Assembly: GCA_963693365.1 (NCBI GenBank)
Contig: CAVNZM010000012.1
Coordinates: forward strand, 5,716,889 to 5,780,888
Reading direction: 5' to 3'
Source of the DNA: Amoebidium appalachense
Lineage: Eukaryota > Protista > Ichthyosporea
Length of the DNA: 64,000 bases
This document shows, one piece after another, positions 50,902-63,670 of the stretch. Made by a program: the position numbers and the translations under genes. The notes beneath the pieces were generated by a model, which was not told the DNA's origin, searched no databases, and was given only the letters and a program-made list of their open reading frames with translations. Position 1 is the first letter of the stretch, and each line of letters begins with the position of its first letter.

Positions 50902-51730
50902 GGGGGGGGGGGGGGGGGGGGGGGGGCTACCACATGTTCTTCGGGGAGTCGTGGGGTAGGGGAGGACAGGGGGGAATATGTGCTCCAAGTGTGCTTGGTG
51001 GGGGGGGGGGGGGGGGGTTGGAGGGGGGGGAGGGGGGGGGGGGGGGGGGGGGCTACTAGACGCTCTTTGGGAGGGCTGGGGGGAGCAGTAGTAGGTGCAC
51101 CTTTTTGTTTTTTGTTTTTTTTTGGGGGGGGGGGAGGTGGGGGGGAGGGGAAGCACCAGGTTATGGGGTGTGTTAGGGGGTAGAGCACATGCTGACCGGG
51201 GGACGGGGCAGAGGTTGTGCGAGGGGCTTTGCCGCAGTTCACTGTGACGGTGGCTGGGCGCATAGCCAGCTACCATAGTGGGGGGGTCGAGGCAAAGGTG
51301 TTGGAGGGTTTATTGGGTCTGCTGGAGAGTGCAGTGGCCCTGGATGCTGCCCTGGCCCTGTACTGCAAAGGTGGGGGGGGGGGGGGGGGGGGGGGGGAAG
51401 GAAGGTGGGGGGGGGGGGGGGGAAGGTGGGGGGGGGGGGGGAGAGAGAGAGAGAGGGGTGAGGAGAGGGGTGGGAGGGGGGGTGGGGGTGGAGCAGTTGC
51501 TGAATGGTGCACAGGGCTGGCCAGTTTGCAGGCGGCCGAGGAAGGCATACGGGCGGGAAAAGCACGTCTGGTGGACAGCTGGATTGCACAGGTGGGTGGG
51601 TGTGGGGGTTTGGGGTTGGGAGGGGGGTAGCTTTGGCGGTGGTACTGGTGGCGGGGGAGGGGAGTGGGCTCTTAGCGAATGGGTGGTTAGGGGATGGTGG
51701 TGGGCTGTGTGTGTCTGAGGTGCTAATTGA

Positions 51731-51775
<45 letters not shown>

Positions 51776-52472
51776 GACCCCGGAAGGGGAAGGCTAGGAG
51801 GGGGGTGGGGGGGGAAGGCACATATCATGGCTAGGTGGGTTAGGGAAAGAGAGGGCTGGCAAACGATGGGTGGTGCGAAAGGTTGGACCGATCTTAGGTC
51901 GGGGTGTCGGGGTTGGTGGACATGCAAGCGTGTGGGTTGATCAGGGCTGGAGTGTGGTGGACCGTGGTGGGTATGGGTTGTGAGGAGGGCCTATGGATGG
52001 GTCGTTGGGTAGGTAAGATTAGGGGCCTATGGATGGGTCGTTGGGTAGGTAAGATTAGGGGCCTATGGATGGGTCGTTGGGTAGGTAAGATTAGGGGCCT
52101 ATGGATGGGTCGTTGGGTAGGTAAGATTAGGGGCCTATGGATGGGTCGTTGGGTAGGTAAGATTAGGGGCCTATGGATGGGTCGTTGGGCTGCAAGCATG
52201 GATGGTTTGTGGGTGGATGGCTGGTAGGGGGGTGGCAGTGGGAAGACTGTGCATGGCTGTATGTGTGGAGTGCGGTGACATAATGTGTGTGTGCTCCTGT
52301 GTGGTGTTCACTGACATGTGTGCACAGGCCAAGCTTCGGGACAGCCAGGCCGGCAGCCAGGCCAAGAACGTGGCCAGTGCCTGTGAGCAGCTGACGGCCC
52401 ACATCAAGGACGACATGCTGCTCTATGCACAGGCATGCAATATTGCACAGCATCCCCGTTCCCCCTCCCCCC

Positions 52473-52533
<61 letters not shown>

Positions 52534-53843
52534 CGGGAGGAGGCGAATGGGTTGAATCTCAAGAACCACATCTGGGGATGGGATCTGCTTGTGTTTCATA
52601 CCACTTACATGTTTGCTTTTGCATACCAGTATATGCCCAGCACTTTCTTTCTCGGTGTGTAGCTGTACTTTGTATGGTTTTCCGCATTTCTTTATCCCCC
52701 ACCCCACCCCCCCGGCGCCCCGCAAGATGCTGTTCTACATAAGAACCCCCCCACACACTGACCCCCTGTGCAGGTGCTGCAGACACACCTAGGGCTGGAT
52801 GTGCTGCAGCTGGACACGGACACACTGTGCCCGGCACTGGAGGCTAACGTGGTGCTGTCTTTGGAGGGCGCAGACTGCAGGCTGGCCGACCTGGTGCGTG
52901 GGGGTGGGTGCGTGGGTGCGTGGGTGGGTGTGTGGGCGGATGAGGGCATGTGTGTGGGTGTGCATGTGTGCGTGTGTGTGTCGTGCGTGTGTGTGTGTGG
53001 GGGCGGGGGGAGGGGAGGAGGGGGTTGATGTGTTGATGTGTTGGTGGGTAGCTGGGTGGGTGGGTGGGTAGCTGGGTGGGTGGGTGGGTGGGTGGGTGGG
53101 TGGGTGGGTGGGTGGGTGGGTGGGTAGGTGGGCAGGTAGGTGGACAGGTGGACGGGCGGACGGGTGGGGGGGTGTGGGTGGAAGTGCTTGTGTGCTCGTG
53201 TTCATATGTGTCTGTGTGTCTGTTTGGGGGCAGGGGGATGGTGGGGGAGGGGGGGGTTTGAGGAGGGGGGTTTGGGGGGGGGGGGAGGAGGGAAGGGAGA
53301 GGTGGTTTGGGGGGTGAGTGTTTGGGTAGGTGGGGGTGTTTCTGTGGGTGGAAGTGTGTGTGTAATGGCAGGCAGGCGGTCGTGCGGGCATGGCAGTTTC
53401 CAGCTCTTCGGTGCTTTCGTTCTGTGTGTGAGCGTTGGTGGGCAAGGGGATGACGGGTGTGTGTGTGGTTGTGGGTGTGTTGTCTGTGGAGGGGGTAAGG
53501 GGGGAGGGGGGAGGGTCTCGAATCCACGCACTTGTAGACGACTGCACGTGTGTGCATTGGGCACGGGTGGTGGTTGTGGTGGAGACAGCGGGGATGGGGA
53601 GGCTACGAGAGAGAAGAAGAGGGTATGGGCCGTGTCTTTGGATGGGCTCTGACGGTGGGCACAGGCCAACGATGTTGCAGGACGGGGGGGGGGTGTTCGA
53701 CCTCTACTTTGCGGTGAGGCGCCTGGATGACCTACTGGCCGAGGCAAAGACAAAACACCCGGAGGTGGGTGGGTGGGTGGTGTGTGGGTGGGTGGATGTG
53801 TGCGTGCGCGCGTATGTGTGTGTGGTTTTGGGTGTGTGTTTGC

Positions 53844-53909
<66 letters not shown>

Positions 53910-55884
53910 AGGTTAGTGCTGACACAATGTGGGTTTAGATGTCGGACGGGCTAGGGGAGTACACGTCGTGGTTTGCGCCGTACATGCTGGCCTGGCTGGC
54001 TGCAACGGGGGAGAAGCAGCGCCAGTGGATCGACAATGCATGCAGCCACGACACAGCCCTGCTGGTGCGTGCCGGGGGGGGGAAGGGGAGAGGGGGGTGA
54101 GTGGGAGGTGAAATGTGCACACAGGTGCTGGGCGGGTGATGATATGCACTCTACTTTCTCTTGCAAGATTGTGGTAGTGGGTGATGATATGCACTCTACT
54201 TTCTCTTGCAAGATTGTGGTAGTGGGTGATGATATGCACTCTACTTTCTCTTGCAAGATTGTGGTAGTGGGTGATGATATGCACTCTACTTTCTCTTGCA
54301 AGATTGTGGTAGTGGGTGATGATATGCACTCTACTTTGGTGGGTGATGATATGCACTCTACTTTCTCTTGCAAGATTGTGGTAGTGGGTGATGATATGCA
54401 CTCTACTTTCTCTTGCAAGATTGTGGTAGTGGGTGATGATATGCACTCTACTTTCTCTTGCAAGATTGTGGTGGTGGGTGATGATATGCACTCTACTTTC
54501 TCTTGCAAGATTGTGGTAGTGGGTGATGATATGCACTCTACTTTCTCTTGCAAGATTGTGGTGGTGGGTGATGATATGCACTCTACTTTGGTGGGTGATG
54601 GTATGCACTCTACTTTCTCTTGCAAGATTGTGGTGGTGGGTGATGATATGCACTCTACTTTCTCTTGCAAGATTGTGGTGGTGGTGGTGATATGCACTCT
54701 ACTTTCTCTTGCAAGATTGTGGTGGTGGGTGATGATATGCACTCTACTTTGGTGGGTGATGATATGCACTCTACTTTCTCTTGCAAAATTGTGGTAGTGG
54801 GTGATGATATGCACTCTACTTTCTCTTGCAAGATTGTGGTGGTGGGTGATGATATGCACTCTACTTTCTCTTGCAAGATTGTGGTGGTGGGTGATGATAT
54901 GCACTCTACTTTCTCTTGCAAGATTGTGGTAGCGGGTGATGATATGCACTCTACTTTCTCTTGCAAGATTGTGGTGGTGGGTGATGATATGCACTCTACT
55001 TTCTCTTGCAAGATTGTGGTGGTGGGTGATGATATGCACTCTACTTTCTCTTGCAAGATTGTGGTAGTGGGTGATGATATGCACTCTATTTTCTCTTGCA
55101 AGATTGTGGTGGTGGGTGATGATGTGTACTCTATTTTCTCTTGCAAGATTGTGGTGGTGGGTGATGATATGCACTCTACTTTCTCTTGCAAGATTGTGGT
55201 GGTGGGTGATGATATGCACTCTATTTTCTCTTGCAAGATTGTGGTGGTGGGTGATGATATGCACTCTATTTTCTCTTGCAAGATTGTGGTGGTGGGTGAT
55301 GATATGCACTCTATTTTCTCTTGCAAGATTGTGGTGGTGGGTGATGATATGCACTCTATTTTCTCTTGCAAGATTGTGGTGGTGGGTGATGATATGCACT
55401 CTACTTTCTCTTGCAAGATTGTGGTGGTGGGTGATGATATGCACAGAGGTAGTCTGTGGGTGGGTTGGGATTGGAGGGGGCTGGCTGTGGCTTTGGCTGC
55501 GGACTGGCCATGGGCTGTGTGTTGTCATGTGCGTTGCTGCAGGGGTTTGCTCTTGCCGTAGTTGTTTGGGCTGGGACATGCTTCATGTTGCCGCCAACAG
55601 TGGCTGTCGGATTAGGCAGACGTTGTGCCGTGTATGTGCACGTGATCGTGTGAGAGCTGACCCTCATACTGGCCCACAGCCCCTCTCAGACACGACCCTC
55701 GTGTCATCGTCTGTGCCCGATGTCTTCAGCTGCCTGGCTGCTCCCCTCGAGGTGTGCTGCCTGTGACTCAGAAAGGGGGGGGGGGGAGGGGGGAGGGGGG
55801 GGGACCTTGGTGTGTATGCGAGTCGTGGGGGGTGGTAGGGGGCAGGAGATGACGGGTGGATGTTAGAGAGCAAGGGGGGAGGGC

Positions 55885-55920
<36 letters not shown>

Positions 55921-57321
55921 CGGGGGGCGGGGAGGGCAGGGACTGACGTGTGGGAGGGCAGTTTATGGTGCGGCTGGACTGGCCAGACAGCAACGGACGG
56001 GCCATGTTTGCACTGCGATATGCCGAGGATGCAACGGCACACATGGTGTGTGGGGGGGGGGGGGGGGGGGGAGGGGCATAGCCCACACAGTAGGGGGGAG
56101 GGGGGGGGGGGGGGGGAGGGAGGCGGGATATTGCAGGCAGGTGCTGAAGGGTGGGGCGATGCAGCGGGGCTATGCAGAGTGGCTGCTGGCAAGGGGCCTG
56201 CGCTGTGGGGAGAAGACTTCAACTGCTGCTGGAGGCACACTGGACATCCCCAGGGGGTAGGCCCATGAGCCTGTGTGTGCATGTGGTTGGGGGTGTGGCT
56301 GGGCACATGCGTGTGGTGTGTACACCTGTTTCCAAACACGTGCGTGTGCACATGTTTCCAAACACGTGCGTGTGCACATGTTTCTGAAAACACATACCAT
56401 GCAGGCTGCTGGTGGCGCTCAACAACACCGTGGAGGCCTTTGACCACTGCACGGCCCTGCAGCGGCAGATCAAGGACGAGCTGATAGGCCACGGTAGGGT
56501 TGGGGGGAGGGGGGGGGGGGGGGGGGAGAGGGAGGGGGATCAACGTTGTGGGGCAGGGGGACCCAACAGCGATGCGCTCAAGCAGGCATGCCAGCTGGTG
56601 GACGAGACATTCAGGCCCGTGCACGTGGCCCTGCAGAGGTAGGCCCTGCCTGTATGTGCACACACACACATGCATGCATGCACACGTGATTACTTGCTCT
56701 GGCAGGCACAGCTATGGGCTCACACATCCACATGATGGCACGTGCAGGCACACAGCAGACACACAACCATGCCCAGCCACAAGCATGCACAGCAGCACTG
56801 CCCTTGTGCCTGCATAACCCCCACCCATCCACATGTTTTATTGCACACAGCCCACTCCAGGCACTCATTTTGTGTGCTAGACCAATCCTCACGCCCCATA
56901 GTCTAGTCTATACTGTCTTGCCAATGGAGGGACTGCTGCACCCAGCCCTTCTGCACAACACACACACAGAGAGAGAGGATGGGTGGCCGTGCACACACAC
57001 ACAGAGAGAGAGAAGGGGTGGCCATGCACACACACACAGAGAGAGAGAGGATGGGTGGCCATGCACACACACAGAGAGAGAGAGGATGGGTGGCCATGCA
57101 CACACACACAGAGAGAGAGGATGGGTGGCCATGCACACACACAGAGAGAGGATGGGTGGCCATGCACACAGACAGAGAGAGAGGATGGGTGGCCATGCAC
57201 ACACTGCCTAGCAGCCTGGGCTCATTCCTGCATACCCTGTGTGAACCACCTGCCCACATCATTAGTGCACGATCCACCCTGCACACCACCACCCACACCC
57301 TGCCTACCTGACTCCCCCCCC

Positions 57322-57352
<31 letters not shown>

Positions 57353-58486
57353 ACACACACTACCTACCTGACTCCCCCCCCCCCCCACACACACACACAT
57401 TACCTACCTGACTCCCCCCCCCCCCCCACACACACACACACATTACCTACCTGACTCCCTCCCCCACACACACACACACACATTACCTACCTGACTCCCC
57501 CCCCCCCCACACACACACACATTACCTACCTGACTCCCCCCCCCCCACACACACACACACATTACCTACCTGACTCCCCCACACACACACACACACACAC
57601 ATTACCTACCTGATTCCCCCCCCACACACACACACACACATTACCTACCTGACTCCCCCCCCCCACACACACACACACATTACCTAGCTGACTCCCCCCC
57701 TCCACACACACACACACACATTACCTACCTGACTCCCCCCCCCCCCACACACACACACACATTACCTACCTGACTCCCCCCCCCCCACACACACACACAC
57801 ACATTACCTACCTGACTCCCCCCCCCCCCCCACACACACACACACACATTACCTACCTGACTCCCCCCCACCTCACACACACACACACATTACCTAGCTG
57901 ACTCCCCCCCCCCCCACACACACACACACATTACCTACCTGACTCCCCCCCCCCCCACACACACACACACATTACCTACCTGACTCCCCCCCCCACACAC
58001 ACACACACACACATACCTACGTGACTCCCCCCCCCCCCCACACACACACATAACCTACCTGACTCCCTCCCCCCCCCCCCCCACACACACACATACCTAC
58101 CTGACTCCCCCCCCCACACACACACACACACATACCTACCTGACTCCCCCCCCTCCACACACACACACACACATACCTACCTGACTCCCCCCCCCCCCCC
58201 ACACACACACACACATTGCCTACCTGACTCCCCCCCCCCCCACACACACACACACATTACCTACCTGACTCCCCCCCCCCCCCCCCCCCCACACACACAC
58301 ACATACCTACCTGACTCTCCCCCCCCCCCCACACACACACACATACCTACCTGACTCCCCCCCCACACACACATACACACACATTACCTACCTGACTCCC
58401 CCCCCCCCCCCACACACACACACACATACCTACCTGACTCCCCCCCCCCCCCCCACACACACACACACATCACCTACCTGACCCCC

Positions 58487-58517
<31 letters not shown>

Positions 58518-58525
58518 ACACTACC

Positions 58526-58573
<48 letters not shown>

Positions 58574-59314
58574 CACACTACCTACCTGACTCTCCCCCTC
58601 CCCCCCCCCCCCCTGCACACTACCCACGTGACCCCCCCCCCCCCCCCCCCCCACACACAGGGCCACCGAGGGCCTAGACACGTGCCTCGAGGGCCTGGTA
58701 CGGGATGCGCTCTGCCAGCAGCTAGCTGCCGTGGCCGGTCTGGCCCGCAGCCGCCTGCCCGGGGTTGGGCCCACCCTCAGGCAGGCCCTGAAGGCCGCAA
58801 TGGCCCCCGTCGATGGGTATGCACCCCCCCAGGTGGGTGGGTGGGCGTGGGGCATGCAGTGACAAGGGGGAGGCAGGGTGGCAGCAGGCAACGAGCGGTT
58901 GCGCAAGTGGGTGTCCAAACGAAGGAAAAAGTCCCAGCCGGCAGCAGATGCACCTGCTGCAGAGGTAGGTCCTTGCGTGCAAATGGGGCGGGGGTGGGGG
59001 TTCCTGCATGCAATCTGGTGTGATTTGTAGGCCCTTGCCTGTTAGTGGGTTGAAGTTCTGAGTGCTTGCCTGTGAATGGCTTGAAGTTTTGAGTGCTTGC
59101 CTGTAACTGGGTGTGGTTTTGGAACTCTGCGATGTTGGTTGTGGCAGAGCATGGTGATGTTTGTGTGCAATTTTATGGTGTGTGGGGTCACCCCCCTGAC
59201 CCTTTAGTGTGCACAGGAACAGGCCCTAGCAGACCTGTTGGACTTCCTCGACAACAGCCTGCTGGCCCCCCTGTCTGCCGCCCTGTGAGTGCTCCCCTGT
59301 GTGTGTGTGGGTGG

Positions 59315-59360
<46 letters not shown>

Positions 59361-61423
59361 ACTGCCAGCCAGCTACAAAGATGTGTTTGCACACGTGCTG
59401 GACCGGCTATGGGCGCTGCTACTTCAGGCCATCACTGGCCTTGCAAATCCCTCCACCGTGGCCCCAGGTTGGCCGTAGGTCCCCCTTCCCCCCCCCTCCC
59501 CCCCCCCCCCCCCCCCCCCCACTTATGACCTGTTGGCCCTGACTGATTGGGCATTGCAGGCTGCCCAAGAAAGGCCTGGCACCTGCCCAGGCAGAAAGGC
59601 TGGAGACGGCCCTTGACCAGCTGACAGCCCTGGTGCATGCCGACGGTAGGGGGGGGTGATGTGTTCATGCAGGGGGGGGGTAGTGGATGGGCAGAAGAAT
59701 GCATACAGAGGGATGCACCAATTCACGCGGAATGGGGCGCAAGCATGCAGGCATAGCACACACTGATGCTCTGTGCAGGGGAGGGCCTGTCAGATGGGCG
59801 GCTGTACACTGCGGCACACAAGCAGGCAGCCACATGTCTGCGCCTGACCACCCTGGCGCTGCCCCTGCTGGAGTGCAGGTGCGTGCACGTGCCTGCCTGC
59901 ACTGTGCCCCGCTGCTGGCCAGCACTGACTGCCCTCCCGCAGATATCTGCTGACACAGCTGGGCGGCATGGTGGTGCGTGCAAAGACCCCGGGGGCAGGG
60001 GAGGGGGAGGAAGCGGGGGGTAGAGGGGCAGGGCTCATGGATGGGTGCAGGGAGGGGAGGGGATGGGCATGGGCATCGAGCTTGCGCTGGACACGAGCAC
60101 ACCACGCACACTGAGGGTCACTCTCAAGAGGGCATACGGCCTGCCTGCTGCTACAAATAACCTGCCCGTGGCAGTGGAGGTGTGGGTGTGCGTGTGCGTG
60201 TGCGTGTGCGTGTGCGTGTGCGTGTGCGTGTGTGTGGCTGCATACGTGCTTGCGTGTAGTGTGGGCAGGTGTTGTTTGGGGTGTGTGCTAGTGGCTGTGT
60301 GTGTGTGTGTGTGTGCACGTATGTATGCATGCCTGCACAATGTTTGTGTGTGTTTGGAGGCAGGGGGAAAGGGGGAGGGAGGGAGGGAGGGGTACGCGCT
60401 ACCCAGTCGTGCATGTATGGCTGTGTATGTTGAACATGTGGAGCAAATACTCATCCTAGCCCGGGCTCTGAGCTCAGAGTCCAGGGGTCCCCCCCTGCCC
60501 ACTGCATGCTCACATGTGTTGCAGGCCCAGCTGTTCACGCCCAATCTAAACTGTGCACATGCAGGCCCAGCTGTTCACGCCCAGCCACGGCTACTACGGT
60601 GCCCCGGCGCTGACCTGCAACCCGGCCGTTGGCCCGAGCCCGCAGTGGAACGAGGTGCTCCACATGCGGCTGCCCGAGGACGCCTACACCAGCATGCTGC
60701 ACCTGGCCGTGCACGTGCAGCGCAGCCAGACCCTGCCCAGCGCCCTCAAGCCCACACGCACGTAGGGCCCCCCTGCACGTGCACCACTCTCCTATGCACC
60801 CCAACATTGCACAGCAACCACACACGCACATGCGCACGCGCGCACGCCGGATACACACACACACACATGCGCGCGCACACACACACTCACTCGCACTCGC
60901 ACTCCCACACACAACCTCGCATGCACCTAGAGGAACACAACACCCCCCCCTCCCCCCCCCCCCCCCCCTCCAACTTCCTCACATGCACCTGAAGACATAC
61001 ACAAGAACACAGAAACCAATCCCTCCCTCGCATCAATATCAAGACGTGTACAGGAACACAACACGGTTCCATTCCCGTGCCCACACCTCCACACATGCAT
61101 GCAAGAGGCACAACTAAAATGCCCATTCACCGCGGGAGACACACACATGCAGCCTACACAGATTATCTGCCCACACTCACATTCACACCCACCCGTGCAC
61201 ACCCACGAACACCCCCGTCACACATCAACCCGTTTACACACACACCTCTCTGCTTGCACACATACCTGCATGCACATTGGACGTGCACATGCGCATGCAC
61301 AACCCGCACACACACTCGCCCGCTACACAGATGCGAGCGCCCACGCACGCACACAAGCACGTGCACACAAAAACACGTGCACACACACACACACACACAC
61401 ACGTGTGCGCACGCACACATACA

Positions 61424-61514
<91 letters not shown>

Positions 61515-62349
61515 GTAAAGGCAACCGGCATTGGGCCAGCAACGAAAAGGAAAGTTTGTGGCCGAAGCAGTGGTTGGCCTCAACGGGGATCATGAGCCAG
61601 GTGGGTGGACTGGTGCGGTGTTTATTGCAGTGCCCCAATATGGACTGATTGTGTGAGTTTGGCCTGTATGGTACTACAGCCTTTGATCAATCACATGAAT
61701 ACAATACAAGGTGCTTGGCTGTGTTACAGCTATCCACGATCAAAGTCAATTTTATCTTGCTTGTCTATGCCACATTTATCCGTATGATTATTTAATTTTT
61801 TTTGCTTGGCTATCTCACAGCTATTACTATGAATTTTTATTTCATCTGGCTATCTACTATGAAAATCTGATTCATCTTGCTTGGCTATCTAAACGCTATC
61901 CACCGCATCAACCATTGCACACCTTAGTGCCACCTACCATACATGTGCATAGTTGGCTCTGCGTGGGGCATGCTAATATTAGCCAATCCGACCACACGGC
62001 CCTGTCACGTGACCACTCTAGCAGCATCTGATTGGCTGTGCTGCAGGCGACACGCTGGTGCAGAGTCTAGTGCGGGTGGTCAGCCCCGAGGCCACCCTCG
62101 TGCTTGACATGTTGGCCCTGCGTCCAGACAAGGAGGTATGTGGCCCCCTGCCTGGCTGGGTGGGGCCCTAGGGGGTGCTGACAGGGCCTGCAGGCTGCCA
62201 AGTTTGTGGAGCGCAGGGGCCGCCAGCCAGTTGCAGCCGACGACAGCAGCCCAAGGGCAAGAACCAAGCCCCCAGCCAGTAGTGTGGCTGCCAGCCAGCG
62301 GCGGCCCAGCGATGCGCTGCGGCGCACAGGAACCAGCGACAGAAGATGA
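48606..62349 (+). CDS. UNC13: UNC13/Munc13-family protein (MUN domain plus C-terminal C2), >20 exons
   Basis: [10 protein letters not shown]; [42 protein letters not shown] (MHD1-like); LLVALNN; LLDFLDNSL; LVHADGEGL (MHD2-like); C2 [28 protein letters not shown]; tail [20 protein letters not shown]-terminal exons less certain. Confidence 0.85.
51987..52190. repeat. Intronic ~36-bp tandem repeat x5-6
   Basis: GGGCCTATGGATGGGTCGTTGGGTAGGTAAGATTAG. Confidence 0.9.
54134..55445. repeat. Intronic 45-bp minisatellite, ~30 highly homogeneous copies
   Basis: GGGTGATGATATGCACTCTACTTTCTCTTGCAAGATTGTGGTRGT, with a few 27-bp deleted units. Confidence 0.95.
56965..57203. repeat. Intronic repeat (AG)nGATGGGTGGCCATG(CA)n, ~7 copies
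   Basis: Direct tandem copies. Confidence 0.88.
57298..58660 (+). repeat. Intronic array of (AT)TACCTACCTGACT-(C)n-(AC)n, ~30 copies
   Basis: Runs up to the 3' splice site at 58660. Confidence 0.93.
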
Positions 62350-62354
62350 TTGAT

Positions 62355-63670
62355 TCAGGGGGTGGGGTTGCTGTGGCCGGCCCACATGTGGCCGGCACTG
62401 AATGGTGGGCTGGGGGCCGGGGCCATGATTGTGTGCTGGGACCACAGTGTCTGGTTGCTGGCAGTGCTGGGTGCCTCCTCCCCAGCCACACGCAGCTGCC
62501 TTAGCCCCAATGGCAGGCAGCACTCCACTAGGCTCCCTGCTCCCACACACCACCCACTCAGCACATGCCCCTCCCCTCCCCCTCCCCCCCCTTTTTTTTT
62601 TTTTTTTTGGCATGTACGCACCCAGCCAGGCCAGGCGGTTCAGCCATCTCGGGACAGAGGCGTCAGGCACGAGGGCACGGCACAGGGCGGCAGAAAAGTC
62701 ATTGCAGTTTCTGGGGGTGGGGGTTAGTGGCGGGATATCTGCCCGTATATCTCATTGTCTGTATATCTGCATGTCTCACATGCGAATCTCCTAGGCATGA
62801 ATGATATGGATGAAGGTTTGTTTTGCTCGGCACACGAAGGTCGGGGGCAGGACCCCAATTTTGGAATGCAACAGCATATGAACAAACCGTGTATTCTGAT
62901 GTTGGAATGTTGAGGTATGAGAATTTGTTTGTCGTAGCTGTGAGAAAGAGCGAGAGACAACTCAAGACACGCATGTATTTTGTTGACGAAATATGAGATA
63001 AACCCAGAGATAAGACTATGGTGTGAATACAAAGTGATGTGTGCAGAAATTTTGGAGTGTTGGTAACCGTTTTGGTTCAGAAAAATGCAACACTTAGTGA
63101 AAATTCCTAAGAACATGTAACAGACATGCGCAAAGACACAGAAAAATGTTGCGAGATCTGCCTACAGACACACATAGCCTTCATATAGATGAGATATATC
63201 CCAGATAAGGCCACAGACAGATAGTGCTCCACATATAAGTGAGAAATATCCCAGATATGCCCACAGACACACATAGCCTCCAAATACTGAGATATATGTC
63301 CCAGATACAGCAGATATGCCCACAGACTGCAGGTGAGATATACACCAGATATACCTGTGCAGCAGGTTGTAAGTGCAGGCAGGCCAGCTGCTGCCCATAT
63401 CGGCCACCAGCTGCCTCACCTCTCTGGGCCCCAGCTGCGTGGCCCCCACCTGCACCGTCACCCTGCACCCAGTCAGTGTGTGTGCATGTGATCCAGGCAG
63501 GCAGGGAAGAACGGGGGCACGTACGGGGGGGGGGGGGGGGGGCACGTACAGGCGGAGGGGGGGGGGGGGGGGGGGGTTACGTACAGGGGGGTGGCCCAGT
63601 CTGCTGCGCACATAGGTACGGTCTGGTAGATACCTGGCCGGTCGTCGGCTGCATAGCCGTAGGCATACTC
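62355..63670 (-). CDS. DESI: DeSI/PPPDE peptidase (deSUMOylase/deubiquitinase), 5' part probably beyond the window
   Basis: Exons EYAYGY..PGIY / VQVGATQL..VRQLVADMGSSW..YNLLHR / NCNDFSAALC..VPRWLNRLA / GSLVECCLP. Catalytic NCN motif present; His-containing exon not located. Stop 62355-62357. Confidence 0.9.

Noticed and set aside
50116-51130. Poly-Pro/poly-Gly coding tracts
   Set aside because: Intronic C/G homopolymers whose exact lengths are also prone to sequencing error.
53661-53700. Possible frameshift in an UNC13-like exon
   Set aside because: Resolved by the AG at 53680 or by a G-homopolymer length error; not evidence of a pseudogene.
53913-55766. Repeat-protein ORFs or CRISPR-like array
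   Set aside because: Head-to-tail units with no unique spacers, no cas genes, and located inside an intron.
57298-58660. CRISPR-like repeat-spacer pattern
   Set aside because: The apparent spacers are only length variants of poly-C and (AC)n.
60760-60765. Apparent TAG stop ending the UNC13-like gene
   Set aside because: It is a GTAGGG donor; three further exons complete the C2 domain and tail.
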